A DNA stretch of 64,000 nt from Raillietiella orientalis (lineage: Eukaryota), in the NCBI GenBank assembly GCA_036172245.1, contig JAYWIR010000024.1:434001-498000 (forward strand), written 5' to 3'. Positions within the stretch are counted from its first letter, which is position 1. Each line of letters begins with the position of its first letter. Shown here in pieces: positions 26,040 through 38,100 of this stretch. Below the pieces are notes generated by a model that was given only the letters and a program-made list of their open reading frames with translations, made no database searches and had not been told where the DNA came from. Position numbers and translations under genes: made by a program.

Positions 26040-27322
26040 AATTTATTCTCATTCACACTACAACTCATTCATTCTATCCACTGGGGTTCTGCATTAGAGT
26101 CGGCTGGGCGTTGATTGAGCCTGGACATTATCTTCGATCTTTTTCAGGATGTACCGATAAGTCCAGGCCAGCCTCTGCCACAGTTCCTTATGCCGATTTC
26201 TTTCTGAATAACCCCTTGCAGGATTTCCAGGGGAGATGCGACCGTTCTGAAGTTCCTCATCTTCCAGCATCTTATGGGTATGGCGGTGATGAATAGGGCA
26301 ACGGTCATCCTGACCATTGGGTTGTAACAGGGGACGTTTTCACTTTCCTGGAACATATTAGCTAGCACTTCCGTTGGCGAGTAACTTTGCAGCCTTATGA
26401 GCCTTTCCAGAGTCTACCAGTCTTGATGGATTGCGGGGTAGGTCAAGACATGAAGTCTGGTGTCCACATCTCCGAATGCTTTGCAGTCCTCATCTTGTCT
26501 TGCTCCTGTAAAATACTTCATCCTGGAACCGCTTCGGACTCCTCCGTGATAGAACATCAGGAGGTTTTCCTGGGTGTCCGGCGCTAGCTCACTCCTCCAG
26601 ATCATGGTTCCGATCGCCAGCAGGCTGACGGTTTAAGCTCCGTGGCAATGAGCGGCTTCCTGGAGGGCACTAGTGTCCTTGTCTTCTCTTATGATGCGGC
26701 ATAGATTTTTCTTGGTTATCCTGGACCACGTGTAGTTGTTGTGGTTCTTCCACACTTCAGGGATTTTATGGGTGAACCTTCTTGTCATCATGTCGATGTA
26801 TCTCTGTATTCGGGAGTGGTGGTGGAACCCACTCCCCTTCCACTGTTATATTCTCTGTAGGGTGACTCTGGACCGTTGGTAGATCCAGCTCCTCGTGTCG
26901 CTAGGGACTGGGAACATCCAGGGAATCACCAAGATGGTTTCTTCCTCCCAGAGTTCCTTGATTCGAGGCACGGTCTTGATCTGGTGCTTTCATACCAGTG
27001 CCTGCTTCCTTTTCCAGGTCGGGTCGATGGATAACCATTATCCAGCTCGGCCTAGCAACGCAGTCATCAGGCGTCTGGAGTTGTTCGATAACAACGAGTA
27101 GACCCTATGAGCGGCGTACCCCAATCTGTCGCAGTGTCCAGGAGCTGTCGCATGTCCATGATGTCGACGGCATGCCCTAGAGAATACATCCCGGTGCCTT
27201 CTCCTTCCTTGGAACGACACAGGGGTTTCAGTCGGACCCTTTGTCTATATGTACTCCAAAGAGTTTTCCGTTTCAGCTTTTCCACTTTGCGCCGAGTGTT
27301 TTTGTCCATTCTGCAGAAGGCC
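26040..27322 (-). mobile_element. L1/Tx1-clade non-LTR retrotransposon, degenerate 3' part of ORF2 and 3' end
   Basis: Post-RT motif LW...RVRLKPLCRSKEGEGTGMYSL (cf. LCxPKxxGGLG); IWRSELAP...FYHG...DCKAFGDVDTRLHVL is a decayed C-terminal Cys/His (zf-RVT-like) motif; frameshifts and stops; AATAAA on - strand at 26042-26047; GC content jumps relative to the AT-rich flank. Boundaries approximate. Confidence 0.75.
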
Positions 27323-28501
27323 TCCAGACCAAATCGTTAGGAATCTTGCCAAAGGATCTTTGCGTGAGATGGTAGCAAAGAAAATACTTCAACCACCCAC
27401 GGAAGAAGCCGGTCAATTCCTTTCAGGGGAAAGGAAAGGAAAATTCGAAATATGCAGTGGAGACATCAAGAGCCCATGGACAACGGCCAGGAAAGCTTCA
27501 AAACGCACTAAGACAACATGGGAATTTGAAAACTCTGCACCAAAAGTAAGAATACATGGAGTAGTTCTGGATAGTACGGTGAGGAAGAAATTCGCGGCTA
27601 ATATCCGATCCATCCAACGCGAAAAGATGCTGCTTTTCTTGATAGAAAGTCACCCAGACCAAGGGAAAGCCATGTGCAGCGTTGGATTGTATAAGGATTC
27701 CAGCCACTTCCTTACTTCGGGTGACCCACATTCAGTTCGCCGATTATTGCTTCATCCATATCACAAGGCTAAATGTCCTGCCTATAAGAAGAGCAGCAAG
27801 ATTACCAGTCATTCGCATATGCCGAAGGTGCAACTGTCAGGATGAGACATTACTGCACATATTGAATCACTGCGTAATGCACTTCCCGATGTACACCTCT
27901 CGATACAGTGCAATCGTGCTGAAACTGCAAAATGTTGCCACAAAGGTAGGAGGACGTCTATTATCAGTGGAACTAAAGAATACCCGGAGTCGACTCCTTA
28001 TTGAGGCCGGATCTCATCTTTGAAAAACATGGAAAACGGATCATAGTGGACGTAACTTGTCCGTTCGAAGGCAAGGAAAATGCTTTTACGGAAGCAAGAA
28101 AGATAAAGGAAGAAAAATATCAAACTCTAATCCACAGCATCAACCCGTCCGACAAAACTGCTATCATGCAAGCATTCATCGTGGGAGTCTTAGGATCGTG
28201 GGATCCCAAGAGTGACACCATACTACGACTACTAGGAATTAAAGAGAACAGAAAAAAGTTGAGAAAGCTGTGTATATCCTGCTGCATTAGGATAAGCAGG
28301 GACATCTACTGGACCCACAGACTGGGTCATCCACCCGACGATACGAGCGACCCCATCTGTTATATTATGAAACAGGGACAACCCCAAGACCGGTCCACTA
28401 CGAACCAAACAGCAGTTCATCAATCATATTGGAAAAGCTGGAAGAGCAGGCAGAGCCAACAGGAATGATTCTGCAGTTGTAACCAAAATTAATTTAATAA
28501 A
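27323..28501 (+). mobile_element. NeSL/Utopia-like (R2 superfamily, restriction-like endonuclease) non-LTR retrotransposon, 5'-truncated 3' fragment
   Basis: Across two frameshifts: HPDQGKA...SSHFL..G, FADYCFIH..RLNVLP, CCHC knuckle CRRC..DETLLHILNHC (about 27820-27873), RLE core RPDL...IIVDVTCPFE...AR..KEEKY, FIVGVLGSWDP, SRDIYWTH; stop at 28468; ends at AATAAA 28496-28501. Confidence 0.88.
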
Positions 28502-29082
28502 GAAGATTGGCCTCCATTGGGTGATCTGGGTTAGGTCACCTCCTTTCGGCAGCAATCTCATCCTGCTCTCGTAGAAGGATGCAGGTAGTCTTATTTCTTC
28601 ACGGATGAGGAGCGTCAGCTGGTGGGACAGGCGACATGCAGGTACCGCTGATAGTGCGTGACGGGCACGTTATCGGGGCCTGCTGCCACGTCCTTGCAGA
28701 GTTCCAGGAACGCAGCTTTCACTTCTTCGGAGATGTCTTCTTCAAGCTTTCGTTTTTGTTCTTTATATTCTTCTTCTTTCCATAAACCTCAGGAACATTT
28801 CTTGTTTCGCCGGGCACAGTTGTCTCCGTCTATAGATGAGCACCGCCCTGGTTTTCTTCTTCCGCCGAGGATTTTCGGTCTTCAAGGAAAACCTCACCAG
28901 TGAGTGATCGGACAGCAGGGTCTGGATGTCGCGAAACCCATGAATGCGGTTCCCTATGTCGGAACTGTAGAGGACGTGGTCCATCGGCTTGTGGCGAGCT
29001 GTCACTCACAGCATCCCAAGTTAAACACTACTCTGTGTACAGAAACTCCGTTATCGGATAATTTCCACGGAAACAATATGCC
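28502..29082 (-). mobile_element. L1/Tx1-clade non-LTR retrotransposon, degenerate 5' remnant of ORF2 (end of APE endonuclease and start of RT)
   Basis: APE C-terminal motifs KLSD....H...(F)TW...MDHVLYS...LSDHSLV; RT N-terminal motifs AAGPDNVP...LPASFYESRMRLLPKGGDLTQITQWRPI (cf. PGPDG...LLPK.GDL....NWRPISL); frameshifted; APE-RT linker largely deleted. Confidence 0.82.
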
Positions 29083-31590
29083 TATATAGAGAGAGAGACT
29101 ACAGCAAAGACATACTGTTCATAGTATTTTAGCAAATTTTTAATTCAAGCCGCACTGAGAATAGATATCAAACAGAAAAAAAAAACAGACAAATTCTTCG
29201 CAGTTCTGTAAATGCCATTGCTCATACGACTCCATCAAAAACACATTCATGATCACTGTCTTATGTTGTCTAACGGAATACTGTGTAACTGTTTCATTTC
29301 TTTTATTAATTTTATAGTTTTATAGTTTTTAAATATGGTTCTCTTCTCTCCAGAGATCCGTCCAAAGTCGACCTTGTTTCTAATAGAAATGCAAATGCTT
29401 GAGACAACTCACTGAAACAATCAATGTTTGTTGCTAATCTTTCCACGAGAAGTTGTTTACAGCATGAAATGAAAATTTGCTTCCTGTTGCTAGCTAACGA
29501 CTGCAATGAATTCTGTCCCTGTTTAGATTATTCTGTTCCTGTTTGGATTTATAATTCCAGTGGCAGCCTTTTTGGACATATTTTGTATTCCAGACGTTGT
29601 ACATTTAAAATGGTATGGTAAAAGAAGGATGAATATAGGAGAAAGACAAGAAGGAATAGTGAGACATCTCTTATTGTTCTTCAGAAAAAAGTAAGACTTT
29701 GAATTCATCTAATACCACAACATACAATATTTGATATACATATTAGATTCGTGTTTTGATTCTTAACATCTAGAATGGAATTTTTAGACATTTTTCTCTA
29801 GGAATTTTTAATGCAAGAAAGCCATTATGGACAAGGCTATTGTTTTTTAAAAAAGCCCTTGTGTTATTATTTTTTTCTTTTTTACATCCCCTTCCTGAGA
29901 ATTGCTAAGAATTTCAGTATTGCAGCTCTGAAAAAACGGAATGAAACGAGAAGCTGGTAAACTCAACGTTATGTTATGAAACTGTTGAAAAGTGGAGCGA
30001 AAAAACAAACTCCGCATCCAGGGTTATTTTTTTTAAATTCTCATCCTCGCATCTTGAGAATAATAAGAGCGTGCTGTGTTCCTTGATGAAGACGAATTCG
30101 GATAATAACTGAACACGGGGAAGATAGAATAGGATAACATTCTGACTGGATTTGGTCAGAAGCTTCATTTCCTTCAAGAATTCAGCAGATCGCCCATTAT
30201 GAGATCTCATGTTATGGAAATAAATCATGATGGAAAATAAGCTATTAAAAGAATCTTTGCATTTTTTTCAAACTGATTCGCACTCTCAAATTTAAAATGA
30301 CAGCGTTTTTGTTCGAGTTGAACATATATCTGTTTTTACTTTGTACGTAGGTGCTGATTATGCATCTGTAAATGTACTTGTTTTGTAACTTCATGTTCCT
30401 CTACACAGTTTAGATTTCTCAAACTGGAACCAGGATCAGACCTTGGCTTTCACATTAAGGGTTGTCTCTTAGAATAATTATGCACAAACTTCAAAGATCA
30501 TGAAATGCTGCATTATTTGGTGATAGAATGGTCGTAATGAGGGCTTCTTTTCTGTTAAATTACAACTGCTCTTTGTTCTAGCACTCCAATAATCTTTTTT
30601 CCACAGATAATCGGTAATCTTGTTTCAGTTACAAGTCGAAGATAATCACGTACTAATTTTCAATTTTGTTTTAACTGATTAATGCATTAAGATGCCGTCA
30701 AGCTGTGAACTGGTACTGTCGTAGTAGGGAGAGTACTAGTTATCGTAATTTTTTTTTGTACAGTTACAAATGGTTTTCAAGGATTTTAATTTATAGTAAG
30801 GAGTACGTAAATTCTCGCCTCCGAATACAATAAAATTAAAATAACTGGATACAAAAATCTAAAGAAATGAGTGAGAGTGGAATTCATCTGGAGTTTGTTT
30901 TCGATACCGAAAATGGCAAAACAAATGGTTCAGTTCAAAGTGCGAATACGTGGACGTACTTTGTACACAAGGGAAATTAGAAAATTGTACAATTATCTTG
31001 CTTGAATTTAATTCATAATGAATGTAATTGACATCAAACCGTCTTAAACTTATTGATTTTAAGTTATATGAACAGAAGCATTTGAATTGTTTTATATATG
31101 AACTCAGTTTTAGGTGTGTTGAAACTATAGTGCGAATTCGGTTACGCAAATAAGGAAAATCCCGTTGTCATTTGCACAGAATATGTACGTTTCATGTACA
31201 TAGGTTATCCAGTAGGATCTTCTGATCTGGAATAATAAGGGAAACTTTCGTTTAAGAAAAACTAGTGCAAAACTGAGTTTCTCTCAAAATAAAAGCAACT
31301 TTCAAAGGGTGGCACACAGATACAAAGTGTTGCTTCCTATTCTGCACCCTTTACTTTATCTAAGTCGGATTTCAAATAATGGAACAATGAGCATTATGTA
31401 CTATGAAGTATGGGTGACCAACATTTGTTTTACTTAATTCCTTATAACTTCAGGGCATGAAGCTAAAGCATCAATACAATTGCCCTGATTTTAAGGACAA
31501 AATGCTTATGGATACATGCTAGCAATGCTAGATCAGTCTTATCAAAAATGTGGCTAACATTTCTGGTTGAAACAGTAATGTAGTTTCAAA

Positions 31591-33214
31591 ATGAGCTTTC
31601 ACAAATTTTGGGAATTCCTATTACCTGTATTATACTTTCAAATAAAAAAGTGCTCATCATCCAATGGAGATCAATCTGCGATTTTTCAGAGCTGTTTCAG
31701 GAAATGTGAAGAAAATTGTTTTCCATGTAAATATTTTGTAATGTATTTCTCTTGCAGCAGTAATTTTTTTCAGTTAATCAATTTAAAACACCAAAAGCAT
31801 TTTCTGAGATGTTGATGCAAATTAGGTCAAATCTAAAACAGTGGAACTGTGAAGAAAACTGCAAGTATGACTGCATGTGGCAAACAGTGGAATTCTTTGA
31901 TTCACAAAGAGAAAGCATCCCAAAATTTTATGGAAAAGTTAGTGTTATATGCTATTTTTGAGTCTTGAATCTCCATGCTAAATTGTTTGTTAAAGTTTAA
32001 TTTTTGAATTTAAAAATCACATGAAAATCAGCTTGTTTCATCATGAATAGGTTTTCAAAGTAGAAAGGGCATCAAGGGGTCACTTTGCATGCATCATGCA
32101 TAACTATTGTGAAAAATTATTTTTTTCCATCTTGAAACATTTTGGAAAATAAAGGAAAAAATTTGCAGTGGCCTTTTATAAGGATATGGATGGTTCAAGA
32201 ACCTGCAGCTGCATTCTTTTCTGTACTGAATTTTGCATCGCATGCCATAATGTTGTTTAAATTGCATCAATCTTTATCATTCAATGCACCGTTATATTAC
32301 ATATGGCATGCTTATTCCTTGGTAACTATTTAAACTGTTACACAATTACTAATTGAATTCAGATATGTCTGCATGCTTGGTTATGGTCTGTTTTGTTTCA
32401 TATTAGAGATATTCCAATGAGTGAAGCGATGGACTATTACTGTGCCTTTTCTATGGTAATATGCACTTTCTATTTGTTTGTATTGCGGTAAGTCATATTA
32501 ATCAGTGAATTTCGTTATTTATTTTCTTTAGGATTTCTTATAAGAGGTATTACAAGCTGCCACTTTTATGTACAGTGGTTTTGTTCCTCTTTTTCATATA
32601 TCATGTTCATTATATGCACACAGTAAGATTTGACTATGGATATAACATGCAAGTAAACATATGCATCGGTGAGTGCAACCATAAGTTTTAAAATTTATGT
32701 TAAGCATGGCTGTTGCAACATTCTTCTACAAATAATTTATTTTATCATTAGTTAAGATACTAAAACAAAATTTTCCAGGAATAAATAAGTTTTTAGTAAC
32801 TACTTTTGTAAGTGACAATACCGTAACTTTACTTGGTTCGCATATTTTATATACTGGGCAGTTTTCAAAATTCAAAATACATGTAAGTTTATTTGAAGGG
32901 GCTGTATCTACCTTATCTTGGCTTATTTGGGCAATTAAAAACGTACCAAAACAAAGACATCTGTGGTACTGTATATGGACAATGGTTTTAATATGCTTGA
33001 CAACACTATTGGAAATTTTTGATTTCCCTCCTTTATATTTTATACTTGATTCCCATGCTTTATGGCACCTAAGTACTTTACCACTTCCAATTCTATGGTA
33101 CAGGTCTGTATTTGGACAGTCTGATTTTGGGAATTGAGACAAACCCTCAGATTCATGATTGATGATTCACTTTATCTGATGCACGGATATTATTTACCCT
33201 GCAAGAATATATAA
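31591..33214 (+). CDS. PGAP3: Post-GPI attachment to proteins factor 3 (Per1-like, CREST superfamily)
   Basis: Exons 31591-31726, 31774-31937, 32169-32321, 32363-32487, 32532-32668, 32899-33103, 33151-33214 (TAA). Motifs: SNGD...C...C...C, WNCEENCKYDCMW, FYGKWPFIR..VQEPA, HAWLWSVLFH.RD...E.MDY, FDYGYNM, LEIFDFPP...LDSHALWH. Confidence 0.94.
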
Positions 33215-33339
33215 ATTGAATTTGATGAGAAAGCACCAGCCCCTCAAAAAGTTTTCTGAATAACAAATGCAGATTCAACAGACTCCATAATCATTTCATC
33301 TGCGGCAATATTCACTTCAGAGAGCATCCCGAAATATGA

Positions 33340-33648
33340 TTAACCTCCATGTAAGCTTTTCAATAAAGTTACTGAGTCTCCACTTTGAATTACGCATTTT
33401 CCGGGATGATTGGTATCATGACACAGATCAATATCTGTATCATTAATCAAAATTAAAACATCTGGTTGTATCCAACCGTTGTTTAACAATAAATTCTTTT
33501 TCCGCTTCATATAATTAGCAGATAACAGTTCCAGCAAACCATACATGGTCCACACTTTATCACTGGGTAAGTTCAGCGTTAACTTTTCGGTGCCACACAG
33601 TTCTTCCAAACCACCACGAAATTCCACATGACAAATAAATTCTCCCAT
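33340..33648 (-). CDS. URM1: Ubiquitin-related modifier 1 (Urm1)-like sulfur carrier, single coding exon, 102 aa
   Basis: VEFRGGLEEL N-terminal motif, IQPDVLILINDTD (cf. RPGILVLINDxD), GDSV..L.SLHGG C-terminal di-glycine directly before the stop. Confidence 0.88.
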   Translation of the reverse strand: MGEFICHVEFRGGLEELCGTEKLTLNLPSDKVWTMYGLLELLSANYMKRKKNLLLNNGWIQPDVLILINDTDIDLCHDTNHPGKCVIQSGDSVTLLKSLHGG

Positions 33649-35082
33649 GAGTAAACAGGTATTTGAAAACGAAACGCGAAATGCTTACACGTTTGCCTTC
33701 CCCACAAGTTGCTCAACGTGAACTGCACTTAACCCGCAGCGATGCTCAAAACCCCGGACTTGCCAAATTCGCGAGCAATCAAGGTGCATTTCTTGGAAAT
33801 AAACCTTGGATCCATCCATCATGAGCATCGTTTGCAGGTTAAAGCAAAAACGGATATACCTGTCTGTTACGAATAATGCTTTTTACCAAGTACTCGAAAA
33901 ATGTTCATATAGGAAATCCTAATCTGCTTAACATTAATATTGAGAATGGTTGATTGCCTGAAAAATGAACACGGCGACTAATTTTTAATTTGAAATTAAT
34001 CCTTTGTGGGGACTTTGCACCATTAAAAGTGGCGTTTTTCAGGGAACTGTATCAGTAGGTAGTTGTGCATCTATGGACATTTTATTTAATTTCAATGATT
34101 CATTTTAAGCAGTGATTCCAATATGGTACCGATTATGCGGTGTAGGATATGTCCTCGAGTTCTTGTAACGTATGGGCAATCAGTATATTCTTCTCAATAC
34201 TCATCATGGATTTGTTTGCGGAATGGGCAAAAAAAATCAGAAAAAACAAATTTCCTTTTTATAATGTGTACATTTGGCCATACTATAAATTAAACCACTA
34301 TCTGGTGGTTTGGCAGTTGTTTTCCATTTTTTCCACGCTCGATGCAACAGAAAACGGTTCCTTCGAATTTTCAGTTTGTATGATTTGCAGGCTGAAAAGT
34401 CTAACAAATCCACTAAAAACGAAATTCTACTCGCTTCTACTTACTGAGTTTCAGAGGGTACTTGCGTTTTTGTAAGAAAAAAAAATATCCTTATATCAAA
34501 TCGCGTGCCTAAAAATGTGTTCTCTTTTGGGAACTACACATATGTGTGAGCATTTTTATTCGAAAATGGCAATGCAAAATGAAAACTACAAGAACACTCA
34601 CGAATGAAATCTTCACAAGCAACTTATTTTTGTTGCAAAATCCTCCCTGATACAAACAAACTAGTACAGCAGAAACGAATACAGAAAACTCATTTAGATG
34701 CATTTCTAATGAGTCGTCATGTTCAACCATCAATTATTAAAAAGTGATATTTTCTATCATTTTGCTTAATTAGTTTTATTGATATATACATTGCAAGATG
34801 ATTAGCGCCATCAACATATGTGTAGTACATTTTCTTTTTATTGCAGTTTTATTAAATATTTTTGCAACTGTAAAGAAGGTAAATTTTATATACCAAGGTA
34901 TAAATAATATTCTTGAACAAAACAGTGATATGATTAGCAAAATTTAATAAAATTGAAAGTTTGATCCAGTTGAGAAACAACTGATTTCTATGGTTTTATT
35001 TAGAGTTGTAATCCTTGGTTACCCTTTCCTTGAGTATTTTGTTCATATGCTGTTCAACAAAAGCAACTTATTTTTCAATCCC

Positions 35083-35182
35083 TTTTGTTTGTTTTCTTTA
35101 TTTATTTTCTTTTATTTATTTCCTTTTTTTATTTTATTTTCTTTCTTTATTATTCTTCTTTTATTTTATTTATTTTCTTTCT
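35083..35182. repeat. T-rich low-complexity tract (TTTA/TTTC-like units)
   Basis: About 100 nt made almost entirely of T interrupted by single A or C. Confidence 0.85.
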
Positions 35183-38100
35183 AACTCTGCTCGACCCTGA
35201 TAATTAAAGTTAGATAACTCATCTAATGGTTGGACCGGTGAAACTCAGGGGCATAAAAGAATTTATCAAAAAAAAAAAATATATGACTATTATAAATTTT
35301 AGCATTGAGAAGTTGGCATGCGTTATGTGCGAAACTGTGGCTTTAGCCCATTTCCTGAAAGAACACGTCGCAGCTAAAAGATTCCGCACGGCTACTTCAG
35401 AGGCTGGAGTGATGCTCCGAAGCTAAGAAAACTTGAAATTGTATCGAATTTCGCCTTTGTTATCCTATGTTTGGCTGTTTGCTCACCAAACATGGGAGGG
35501 GGCATCGTTATAAGGAGAACTGATTTTTCAATGACAGCCAAAATGGGAAGTGGAAACAAAACCTACCTGTGATAAATCTCGAATCTTCTAGGATTCTGGG
35601 CACACAGCATAAGAGGAGACACAACCATTTTCCATTCTACCTCTGTGGTTGGTTAAGTTGATGAAATCCACAAGTTCTGGTCATCGGGGAAGTTCAATTT
35701 TAGGTGTGATCTCCCATTGCTGGACAACTACTCTTGCTGCTATTCGATAAGACTTCACTAACTTTCGTTCAGATAGAAATTCCTGTCACAGTTTTTACAG
35801 TTACTCCAATGTCTTCCAATATTCAAACTATCCAGCCAGTCATATTAGAATGCCATCATCGACACAGAGGTTCCCTTAAAAGAATCCCAGGCAGGAGAAA
35901 GGATGAAAGCATTTAAACCGTCTTCACATATTCGAATGAAAGAAACTCAAGACCTTGCACTTTATGGACTTCCAGCGATGCATGCTTCAAGACCTGCATC
36001 AGTCTCCGATGCAGAAGACGCTGCTGGAAATCGTCAGTTATTGAAAGGACAAGTCCTTATTAAGGTTTAAACACAGGTGTGCATCTTTGGAAAAAATGCA
36101 CAATATACATGAAATAGTCAATGAGTCAACTGAACGAGGATGATGATTTTCAGCCACGTGTCGGAATTATGTAATTAATTTATTCTGCCATGATCTTTGT
36201 CCAGAGAAAAAGTCTCTAATGAATTTTCAATTCTTTAACAAAGTCAGTTTTAAACTCCTCCTCTAAAGCCCCGAGATTTCATTAATCTCAATCAAGTCGA
36301 TTCATGTCTTCGAGCAGCAAACTGGCATCCTTGTTGAAGAAGAAAAACAAACAATTTGTTGTAAGAAGTGAGACTGAAGGATCGGATAAGAGATATAAGA
36401 TCCTGAGACTCCTTCCGAAAGAACTTTGAACAGTGTTCCATGTTTCCGAAAATATCTCTTCTGTGTGATTTGTGCAAAGCCCGCAACCAAGAAACAACTT
36501 ATCACTTCCTGGTAGCAAATGCCCACATGGTTTCTGCAAGAGCATCAGCATCAAAGCTGGACCCTGGAATTCTCATGTTCTCATGAAACATGGAAATTTA
36601 CTTTTTACATTAATCTATTGTACTTGTAACTACCGAATCAAAAGCAAGGACACATCCGTGCTTCCGAAGGCAATACTTGAAAGAAGTCAAAGGTGTCAAA
36701 AGTTGAGGTTCTTAACTTTGAGGTATTCAAGGATGAAAGATATTATTACTTGACCGAACTCCTTCTCTCAAAGAATTTGGGCAGCTATGGAGCAGTAGAC
36801 GCGTGTGATGAGTTCGGATTCAACGATCAAGGCATGGATAACTGCCATCGACAAAATGGAGATTTCCCTGGGTGGAAATGGCCTCTTTTGGAACCCAGTC
36901 ATCACCACTCTCAATGGAAAACTAAAGCGGACATAGGACTATTCAGAAGTTTCCAAAGAAGAGAAGTTGCATTCGATGCACATCGATATTCCCCGAGGTG
37001 ACATAAATTCCTTTGTAACTAGTGGATCAATAAGCCCGTGAAAAATAATCAATAGCTCCTTTAGATGTATTCTAAGAAGCAACAAATTGTGGGAATGTGA
37101 GCATCTTTTCGACCTCTTTTTGCTTTCTTCTAAGTCACACAGCTATGTGTTTCTAGGGCAGGAATTTTCCGATATTCTTTCTAATGCAGTCATTTGTGCA
37201 AAGATGACTGGCAAACTGAGTAACTTGACCTGGAACGAGCGTCTGACATGCATCAGTAATTCTCTTGAAACATGCCGTTGCTTACATATCCATCATATCG
37301 CACACTTGAGAGAAATCATTCAAGGTTTCCAGTACTGGCTTGCGGTAAAGGTGTGCATCCCCATGGCAACCGTTGCACACACTACATCGCCATGCAGGAT
37401 GACCTCGTCATGGGGCGAAATCGGCAATGCCAAAGGATTCTTATTCTGTGTTCATTGCATCTTTGATTTTTGATCACCACGTGAGGCACTCGGGAACGAC
37501 TGAATTATCCCATTTTAAAATCTTTTGGTCCGCATTTTGAAAACAGATGATAGCATCAGTCCGTTGGAAATCAGTTTTAATTGAGCCATTCTGGACTTAC
37601 TCGGGCTGCAAACAGCTCACGAGTGATGATGCTATTGGATGGACTGTTCTTCACGGATACTCAGTGAGCGGTGGTTGCTGCATTCTTCTTCGAAACTTTG
37701 CAGTCAAGGCTGCCACTTGCTTTTCGGTGCTATGCTTCGAGTGGGAACAGGCAGATGAACGTTGGCGATTTGAGTATGTGTGTTTCAGTGCTAAGGACTT
37801 TCTGGTCCAGTGATTTTCGTTTTTGTAACGAGAAGTTATGAATCCAAACAACCTTGGCCTATCCTGTTATAACTCGAGATGGAAAAATTAAAGAATTCGA
37901 AAAGTCTTGCGTTCCAGAATTTGTGATCGCTTTTGTGGTTTCGGTGCGGATTCTGCGCGATGCGTTTCCAATCTTTTCGTACTTTTAGGGCAAAGGGGAA
38001 AATATTTGAAAGCAATAGAACTTTTTCGATTCAGAATTTGAGCTGAGAAATGAATTTATTTCATGTAGCAATATGTTTACCAGCTTTGAGGAACCAGAGT

